The notes under the pieces were generated by a model that was not told the DNA's origin, did no database searches, and saw only the letters and a program-made list of their open reading frames with translations. Below are positions 57,198-64,000 of a stretch of 64,000 bases of DNA, in pieces. Each line of letters starts with the position of its first letter. The first letter of the stretch is position 1. The DNA lies in IMG/VR virus record IMGVR_UViG_3300011434_000007; one strand, 5' to 3'. The position numbers and the translations under genes are program-made. The stretch is from an uncultured virus (IMG/VR IMGVR_UViG_3300011434_000007) (taxonomy: Duplodnaviria > Heunggongvirae > Uroviricota > Caudoviricetes).

Positions 57198-57758
57198 ATG
57201 GGCATTCCTACCCTTATTATAGGGGCCACAAGTATTACTGCTACCCGGCGATTACCCTCCCAGGCTTTTAATGCAGTTTGTAAACAAAAGCTCTCTGGAA
57301 TGCGTTCTCAGACTGGTAAGTTGTTTACACAGTTCTTGTATGAGAAATACTCTGTCAAGGTCAGCGGCTTATCTCAGACTTTATATGAAGATTTGAGGCA
57401 CGAGTATCAGCGCGTAGGTTTCATTGATTTATATTCAATTTCTAATCGTAAGGAGTTGTTTACTGCAACAGGTACAACTCTACAGTTTTTAACAACACGT
57501 CGAATTCGCATTGATGACGGCAGTGTCGCTGCCCAAGTTGAAAATCCTCCTGGTACGGTGGTGAATGCCTCTTTCGCGGTATCAGCTGGTGGCACACAGG
57601 GTCTTGTAACTTTAACAGGTGGTACTGTAGTGATTGGCACTGATAGTGTAGTGGTTCGCTATTTTCCCATTATCAATGGCCAAATTATGGAGTTTGATAA
57701 TGGTTATGATTGGATAAATGACCAGGAAACTTGGAACTTATTGTTCGAAGAAGCGTAA
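57198..57758 (+). CDS. Distal tail protein-like
   Basis: First gene after the tape measure. Beta-rich, ends WNLLFEEA. Confidence 0.55.
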   Translation: MGIPTLIIGATSITATRRLPSQAFNAVCKQKLSGMRSQTGKLFTQFLYEKYSVKVSGLSQTLYEDLRHEYQRVGFIDLYSISNRKELFTATGTTLQFLTTRRIRIDDGSVAAQVENPPGTVVNASFAVSAGGTQGLVTLTGGTVVIGTDSVVVRYFPIINGQIMEFDNGYDWINDQETWNLLFEEA

Positions 57759-58943
57759 ATGCTTGCAAGTAATGTGTCTATAATTACAAGTCCTAAGTTG
57801 ATTACAGCGGACTTCTTTAGGTTGTTTATCAGCTGGGAACAGACGCCTGCTCTTGTAACAGGTGGTACTGTTGTCATTACAAACACCAACACCCCAGTTT
57901 CAACATTAACAACCACGATTAGTACAACTTGGTTAACGTTAACTGTACGTCAATCTCAATTTGTTAGGGTAGTCCTATTTATTGACGGTACGGATGTTTC
58001 ACAATATTTGGTGGGTCGTTTAGAAGTGCACTGGCCGGATGATGGCAACGGGCAATGCACTTTCTCATTAGTTACCCGTAATCCCTTCGCGGATTCACCG
58101 CCCTTTAACATAGAATCAGATGTGGATGTCTTTGCTCTATATACTGATCCCGATGATGGCAGTTCATCATCAGTACGCATGTTTAAAGGCAAGTTGTCAC
58201 ATTTTGAATATGTGCCCGAACAAGATGTAGCTAACATAACTGTCCAGGATATGTCACGCACAGTGTCGCGTTCTACTGATAAGTTGAACGTAGATATTTT
58301 GGGTGTTGATCCTATTGTTACTGAGAAACTTACTTGCACATCCACCAATATTTTAGTCACCACCCAAGCAATGGATATGAACTCACCTAACCCCCTGATT
58401 GGCATCTGGCTTGAAAGTGACACTGGGTTAAAGGTTAACTTAACATCATTGATGAACTACACCTTTAATTCTCCTCAACAAATTCGTTCCTTTAATGGTG
58501 GGATACTTAATGTAGGCACTAATTATTTATTGAAATACCAGGTACCTCTTGGAAATTTCATCATTCCTAATTTGAAAAAGTCAGAAGTGCTACAAATCAT
58601 CGCAGCGCTATCTGGTATCTCTGAACTGGCCAATGAACGTTCTGATCAGTTTGAAGATGAGGTTGTAGGTGTTAATATTACGGCTAACGACGAATTGCCT
58701 CTGGATCTTATACGTAAGATCATAGTACCTCAGACTTGGAAAGTCGAATTTGATGAGTTTGGCACATTGAGGATTCGACGTGAATATCTTAAAGCTACTG
58801 AAGATTTTACCTTGGATGGCGATCGTGTCATTGAAGATACTTTGTCAATAAACAAGGACACTGACAGTGTTATAAATGATATAACTATTGTGGGCATTGT
58901 CAAACGTAATGGTGGTGGGAGCCCCTCAGTACCGGTAATATAA
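57759..58943 (+). CDS. Tail tip/hub protein, N-terminal part
   Basis: IDGTDVS, MFKG, FDEFGTLRIR, VINDITIVG. Confidence 0.6.
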   Translation: MLASNVSIITSPKLITADFFRLFISWEQTPALVTGGTVVITNTNTPVSTLTTTISTTWLTLTVRQSQFVRVVLFIDGTDVSQYLVGRLEVHWPDDGNGQCTFSLVTRNPFADSPPFNIESDVDVFALYTDPDDGSSSSVRMFKGKLSHFEYVPEQDVANITVQDMSRTVSRSTDKLNVDILGVDPIVTEKLTCTSTNILVTTQAMDMNSPNPLIGIWLESDTGLKVNLTSLMNYTFNSPQQIRSFNGGILNVGTNYLLKYQVPLGNFIIPNLKKSEVLQIIAALSGISELANERSDQFEDEVVGVNITANDELPLDLIRKIIVPQTWKVEFDEFGTLRIRREYLKATEDFTLDGDRVIEDTLSINKDTDSVINDITIVGIVKRNGGGSPSVPVI

Positions 58944-58945
58944 TT

Positions 58946-60004
58946 ATGCCTCTAATTGAACGAAAAGTTTTAGGCACAGGGCATGCTGAACAAGGTTTGC
59001 CTGCGCCTATTGCATGGACTGGCGGAGAAGTATTAACTTCTGCTAATCCTATCACCTATGTGGACATTCCATTGCCTCAGACTACTGTTTTGAATTCGGT
59101 ACAGATGGCAGTCAAAAATTTAACAACACCATCAATCCCAGCTGGCTTTAATTTTTATAGTGGTGGACCACCACTACCATTGACAGTAGGGCCTCCTACT
59201 ATAATGCCTGGTGTGTATTTCTTGGTGATAGACGACTGGCTTGCCCAAAAATGGCACTTAATTGGTTTGAATGAGGCAGTCGAGCGTGCCTCTGTTGGTA
59301 CTGGTTTCAATTCTGCTCCTGGTGTTTATTCTGTAGCATATGTACAGGGGTTGTTGGGTAGCATTGATATCAATTTCACACCAGTTGGGAATAAACCTAG
59401 TTTCTTTTCAGGCAGTTCAACGCCTCTGGTGCGTTACACTGACGGTAGTTACCATTATTTACTTTCTATTTTTCGTCCTTTTTTTAAGGGGCGCCTATCA
59501 ATATTTATAAATGTAATTTCAGTTTGGTATCCTTTTTCTTTAGACATTCAGATTACAGGATATGCTCTTGAGAATATTAGTTCACAGGGTGTTCCTGATG
59601 AACAAATCTCTGTGCGTGTGATTGATGAAACTTGTCAAGAGCTTTACGGCGTACGTCCTGGTAAGGAAGAACAATCTGATTTCATTGAAACCCAAATACA
59701 AGCCGCTCGTGTAGGTGAACAAATACTTTGGCAGTCGCAAATGGTTCTGGACTTAAGCGCAGTTGTGCCTATCACCCCAGCGATCCGTCGTGGTTCAACA
59801 GTCCGCATAGCGTATCCATCCAAGAATTTAGATGTTCTAGGTTTAGTAAAAAATGTAACACATACCTTTAACACTGAAGCTCAAGGTATGTCAAGTCAGG
59901 GTATTGCTACTACACAATGTGAAGTCAAGGCGACAGAGTTTATCTTTAGAACTGCCGGCGGTGAATCTCAGGATGCTGAGAAGTTAGATAAGAGGCAAAC
60001 CTAA
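58946..60004 (+). CDS. Tail tip/hub protein, C-terminal part
   Basis: LYGVR...SDFIET, P.IRRGSTVRI...VKNVTHTF. Confidence 0.55.
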   Translation: MPLIERKVLGTGHAEQGLPAPIAWTGGEVLTSANPITYVDIPLPQTTVLNSVQMAVKNLTTPSIPAGFNFYSGGPPLPLTVGPPTIMPGVYFLVIDDWLAQKWHLIGLNEAVERASVGTGFNSAPGVYSVAYVQGLLGSIDINFTPVGNKPSFFSGSSTPLVRYTDGSYHYLLSIFRPFFKGRLSIFINVISVWYPFSLDIQITGYALENISSQGVPDEQISVRVIDETCQELYGVRPGKEEQSDFIETQIQAARVGEQILWQSQMVLDLSAVVPITPAIRRGSTVRIAYPSKNLDVLGLVKNVTHTFNTEAQGMSSQGIATTQCEVKATEFIFRTAGGESQDAEKLDKRQT

Positions 60005-60005
60005 G

Positions 60006-61076
60006 ATGCCTAGAGCTCCTAATCCATCAACCTTAGTCAATGCAATGCGTTCAGTGCAAGGCAGAGAATCTAACTACCGTCAATGGTCTGAGCGTGCAAC
60101 TATTATAGGTTTCAACGAAGCAACTCAGTCTTACGAGATTGTCGTCAGCGCTGCAGGACCTTCAGGCGCAGAAACCAATAGTGCAAATCGTACTTTGCGG
60201 GAAATCAAGTCTCTGTTTCCAACAGATTTGCGAACTTTTAATCCCGGGGATAGTGTCCTTGTTGGTTATGTTTCAGAGAAAAAAGAGCATCCTGTTATTA
60301 TGGGATTAGGTGATAATAATCCTTATACAGGTACCACACCGGCAATAACATTACCAACTCAAACAGCATCCGCCAAGCGTGTTGGCGGGGTCGGCGGCGT
60401 TAATCCAGGCACACCAGGTTCAGCTTGTCCTATGCGCGTCAATGATCCTCAAACAGGATCAACCACCACACTAATGGTGGATTGTTCTATGTTAACACCA
60501 GATAGGAAGTTACAGCTTCCTAATATGCCACGTGTAACTTGTGGTGTTGGTGAAATCAGTTGGAGTACTAATGCTACAGGCGTAACTGTCTCAGGTGCAG
60601 GTACTAATGGAATACTTGGTGAATTAGATCTTGGTCCCAACACAGGTGTTAATGTTACAGGTACAGCATATAAAACGGGGCGGTATCACATTTGTAATGG
60701 CGGCTTCAATGCCATGGATGTCAAGTCCTATGGTTGTGCTGATCAGATTTTAATTGATTGTAACAAGTTTTTAGCCAATAGTAACAAGTATGATCCCACC
60801 AGCTGCCACTATTGCGGTGAAGGCGATGTTGCATGTGCAATTGGTGATACCGCAGACACTGCGATAGAAACGAATGATCCTGAATTTGGCACAGGTTCAG
60901 CTTGCGTGGCAGCACGCCCATGCAATGCCCAGGGTACAATGTGTGATGCTAGAACAGCTCAGATGATACTGGACGGTTGTAATCCTTGTGGCTTGGCATT
61001 GAATAATAAGATCATTACAGCTACAGATGCCAATGGTAATACTGTGTCAATAACTATAACGGTAGCTACGTCATGA
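60006..61076 (+). CDS. Putative tail spike: OB-fold-like N-terminus and Cys-rich C-terminus
   Basis: PGDSVLVGY...HPVIMG. 14 Cys after residue ~140. Confidence 0.55.
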   Translation: MPRAPNPSTLVNAMRSVQGRESNYRQWSERATIIGFNEATQSYEIVVSAAGPSGAETNSANRTLREIKSLFPTDLRTFNPGDSVLVGYVSEKKEHPVIMGLGDNNPYTGTTPAITLPTQTASAKRVGGVGGVNPGTPGSACPMRVNDPQTGSTTTLMVDCSMLTPDRKLQLPNMPRVTCGVGEISWSTNATGVTVSGAGTNGILGELDLGPNTGVNVTGTAYKTGRYHICNGGFNAMDVKSYGCADQILIDCNKFLANSNKYDPTSCHYCGEGDVACAIGDTADTAIETNDPEFGTGSACVAARPCNAQGTMCDARTAQMILDGCNPCGLALNNKIITATDANGNTVSITITVATS

Positions 61077-61480
61077 AGGTATATGCACTACGGCGCAAAT
61101 CTACACAGGAATTTTTATTTCCAATTATTCTTGGCGAACCCTATAGGTGTCCTGAAGGTGAGGATCCTCGTGACTTTGAGGCTGTGGACATTTTAATACC
61201 TACAACTGAGGCAGAACTACGGAAACTGGAAAGTTCAGTTATAGATGTTAAATTAGAAAAAATGGCACGTCATTTAGGCATGACTGCCGCAGATCTTATT
61301 GAGAAGGCTGCCACTGCTTTCGGCGTTCCACCTTGTCAAGGTTGTCAGTTACGAAAGCGCATACTTTATGCTGTGGATCGTCTTGGTTGGTGGGCTGCGG
61401 CTCGTATGATACTGAAAACTGTTATGGGCAAGTCTTTAAATGCAAAAGAACGTGGGCTGGTGCAGGGCCTGTGGTCCTAG
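61073..61480 (+). CDS. Small CxxC protein
   Basis: ATGA-coupled to the Cys-rich gene. FGVPPCQGCQLRK. Confidence 0.65.
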   Translation: MKVYALRRKSTQEFLFPIILGEPYRCPEGEDPRDFEAVDILIPTTEAELRKLESSVIDVKLEKMARHLGMTAADLIEKAATAFGVPPCQGCQLRKRILYAVDRLGWWAAARMILKTVMGKSLNAKERGLVQGLWS

Positions 61481-61500
61481 GCTAAAATAAGGATTCAGCT

Positions 61501-63246
61501 ATGGCATTACCAAATCTACATTTTTATACTACGGCAGGTCTGACATTGTCTTCTCTGGACTTTGGTACGCTTGCCGCAGGATCTGAAACGGATCCACTAC
61601 AGTTCTATCTCTGGAACAATAAAAACAGTACGGGTCTCTTTGTTGATGATGCTCCTACGCCTCGTATCAGCGTATTGGACTCTCTTAATAGCAAGGCCGC
61701 TGATTTTATCACCCAGGGCTGGGTCCTTGCCCGCTCATCAGGTACCACTAATCCTGATGGTATTTTAAGTTTCTTTGATGACCAGCAAGCAGTTTATACA
61801 CCAATTACGGACATCCAAGACTTACAGGTTGGTGCTATTCCAAATAACTGCGGTCGTTCCATTTATTTAAAGGTACGAGTACCTGCTGATGCACCAACAC
61901 AATCAAACTTGCAGATTCAGGTAGTGGGTGGTAATGCTCCTAACGTTCAGCCCCTTCCCTACTTTTTTAATCGTGCATTTGGCGACGGCGTTGTACAAGA
62001 AGCAGTAGCAGATGCTTTTACTCCTTATTACTTGACTCAGATTGGTACTTACAGCATAGCTGTGTTGCTATCAGGTGCCTATGTTGGTTTAGCGCCTATT
62101 CGTGATTATCAGGTACAAGTTGTAACTGCTGGGACGCCAGGCGCCGCGACTTACAAGGTATCTAGTGATAACGGCAATACTTTCTCATCCACACTAACAT
62201 CAGCCACGACAGGTTTTACAAATCTTGTCACTTCAGCAGGACTTACTGAAGGCTTGCAGCTAACTTGGGTAGGCGGCCGTTTGGCGTCAGGTGACAAATG
62301 GAATGTGCATGTTGATACCAGACCTTTCCGAGTCATTGGTGGTGCATCCAATTCCTTGACCGGTTACGTTGGAAGTGGTAATGCGCTCATTGCAAATAAC
62401 AGGGTGTATCATACCAAGCCCACTACTTTTTTGAGCTTAACAGCTTCAACACGTACATTTTTGTTCTTAGGCGTAGACGGTAGTTTTACGACCACTGTCA
62501 CTAATTATAATGCTCAAGCTGGCAAGTTATTAATGGGTTGGTGGGATACCAATACTCTTGGTGTTACTAACTTTGGTAATCTTTTTAATTATGTTAGTCT
62601 GGGCCAAGATGCTTTTGATGATTTCTTGCCTATGTGGTCTTTGATCAATGGCCGCAATTGGTATTATTTTCAAGGCCGTTTTAAGAAATTCAATCAAACA
62701 GTTTACCTACCTAGTCTTACTTCACTGATTGGTAGTTTGACCTTGACCGCAGGGATTACAAATTACTTGTATGTAGAACCCTTGAGTGAAGCTGTTGTAA
62801 CTGCTCCCGGGGATTTCCCACCAGATGCTATTCCGTTGTTTGAAATAGGCGTGGGTACCAATTTCATCAATGGCGTTATTGATCGTAGAGCTCGAGTAGG
62901 ATTGGTGGCGCCATCATTAAGAATGCAAGCATCTCTGACCACAAGTTCTGTAAATGCTAATGCCACTTCATCTTTTGATTTAACAGGCTTTGTTAATAGG
63001 GCTTTGGTCCGTAAGTTAATTGTCGATGTTAGTGGCGGCGGTACTGGACACACTGTTTCAATTTACACTAACGCTGCAAAAAATGTATTGGAATACCAGG
63101 CTGGCGGTTTGTTAGATCCATTCACAGATTCTTTCCCGTGGTTCCATGAAGACACAGATAACACCAAACAGTTGCATGTAACTATTATGAATGGAGCTAC
63201 AGCACAAACATTTAATTTTCAGTTTGATTTGGAAAGGTTTGCATAG
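61501..63246 (+). CDS. Putative structural (baseplate/fibre) protein
   Basis: AAGGA SD, 581 aa, Thr/Gly-rich beta. LDFGTL.AG...LWNN, repeated NYLYV/TFLFL modules. Confidence 0.6.
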   Translation: MALPNLHFYTTAGLTLSSLDFGTLAAGSETDPLQFYLWNNKNSTGLFVDDAPTPRISVLDSLNSKAADFITQGWVLARSSGTTNPDGILSFFDDQQAVYTPITDIQDLQVGAIPNNCGRSIYLKVRVPADAPTQSNLQIQVVGGNAPNVQPLPYFFNRAFGDGVVQEAVADAFTPYYLTQIGTYSIAVLLSGAYVGLAPIRDYQVQVVTAGTPGAATYKVSSDNGNTFSSTLTSATTGFTNLVTSAGLTEGLQLTWVGGRLASGDKWNVHVDTRPFRVIGGASNSLTGYVGSGNALIANNRVYHTKPTTFLSLTASTRTFLFLGVDGSFTTTVTNYNAQAGKLLMGWWDTNTLGVTNFGNLFNYVSLGQDAFDDFLPMWSLINGRNWYYFQGRFKKFNQTVYLPSLTSLIGSLTLTAGITNYLYVEPLSEAVVTAPGDFPPDAIPLFEIGVGTNFINGVIDRRARVGLVAPSLRMQASLTTSSVNANATSSFDLTGFVNRALVRKLIVDVSGGGTGHTVSIYTNAAKNVLEYQAGGLLDPFTDSFPWFHEDTDNTKQLHVTIMNGATAQTFNFQFDLERFA

Positions 63247-63986
63247 TGGCCTTTCCTGTTATAGCAGCAACTAATACTTCATCCCATACTAGTAACACTA
63301 CTAGCCACACTATAAATTTACCCTCTGGTATCGTTTCAGGTAATTTGCTGATTGTATTTTTTACTTGCGGACCCCCTAATAATGGTGACGTGACTATTAC
63401 CTGGCCTGCAGGTTGGAACATACTCTCTGAAACATTTTTAGCTGGATCATTAGGTCATAAGCAATCAACTTATTATCGCCGTGCTGATGGTAGTGAGGGT
63501 TCTACTATTACAATAACTACTTCTGCTCTTCGTGTATCAGCGCATGGTTCTTACCGCATTACCGGGCACCATGCAACTCGTAATCCTGAAGCAGGTGTGG
63601 CAGCCACAGGATCAAGTACCAGTGCTAACCCACCGTCATTAAATCCTTCAGCGTGGGGAACTGAAGATACTTTATGGGCCGCATTCGGTTCAGCGGAATC
63701 TGGCGCAGCTCAATTTTCAGGTTTTCCTAGTGGTTATACATTAAACCAGCTTTCAGTTTCAGGTAATAATGTCCAGTTGGGTGCCGCGGCAAAGCAGTCA
63801 CGGGTAGAATCAGAAGATCCTGGAACTTTTACTAATCCAAATGCACCGTGGATTGCCCAGACATTTGCCGTACCTCCTGCACCGGATGATACTGGTACTC
63901 GTACCCATCCCGTGCAACAGGCAGCTCGTATATTTCCTAATCCGCCAGCGGAAAGAACTTTTCCAAAGGTACCTACTTTAGTTTAG
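63246..63986 (+). CDS. Putative tail fibre/decoration beta-sandwich protein
   Basis: INLPSGIVSGNLLIVF...TWPAGW...YYR.ADGSE; Ser/Thr-rich. Confidence 0.6.
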   Translation: MAFPVIAATNTSSHTSNTTSHTINLPSGIVSGNLLIVFFTCGPPNNGDVTITWPAGWNILSETFLAGSLGHKQSTYYRRADGSEGSTITITTSALRVSAHGSYRITGHHATRNPEAGVAATGSSTSANPPSLNPSAWGTEDTLWAAFGSAESGAAQFSGFPSGYTLNQLSVSGNNVQLGAAAKQSRVESEDPGTFTNPNAPWIAQTFAVPPAPDDTGTRTHPVQQAARIFPNPPAERTFPKVPTLV

Positions 63987-64000
63987 AGGTAAGGCATTTA

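Noticed and set aside
1..64000. Integrase, repressor, lysis cassette, tail sheath, DGR or stop-codon recoding
   Set aside because: None recognised. Genes are intact under the standard code with TAA, TAG and TGA all used as stops, so lifestyle and host cannot be assigned from this window.

Overview
This window is 64 kb of a tailed dsDNA phage genome. It looks siphovirus-like: there is a tail tube, a frameshifted tail chaperone and a 1351-aa tape measure, and no sheath gene. Every credible gene is on the + strand, often translationally coupled (TAATG/TAGTG/ATGA overlaps). The left part (1-25 kb) covers DNA metabolism: queE, queD, folE, sbcD/sbcC with a Top6A/Spo11-like gene between them, thyX, SF2 helicase, DnaB, primase, dUTPase, a UDG-like::PolA fusion, a nucleotide kinase, a TGT-fold (DpdA-like) gene, UvsY/gp32/RecA-like genes and a resolvase. 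The right part (25-64 kb) covers morphogenesis: terminases, portal, MuF-zincin, an extended QueC-like gene, protease/scaffold, major capsid, a 12-kb glycosylation island inside the neck operon, and tail genes. The strongest candidates for new biology are four. (1) A 7-deazaguanine pathway whose TGT-fold gene is coupled to a kinase and a motif-altered polymerase, suggesting pre-replicative base substitution. (2) A QatC/Cap9-sized QueC homologue placed among head genes, possibly a protein deazaguanylase. (3) A nucleotide-sugar, glycosyltransferase and methyltransferase island, probably for virion glycosylation. (4) A 0.55-kb structured non-coding region between folE and thyX. All calls come from reading motifs by eye; no searches or folding programs were run.
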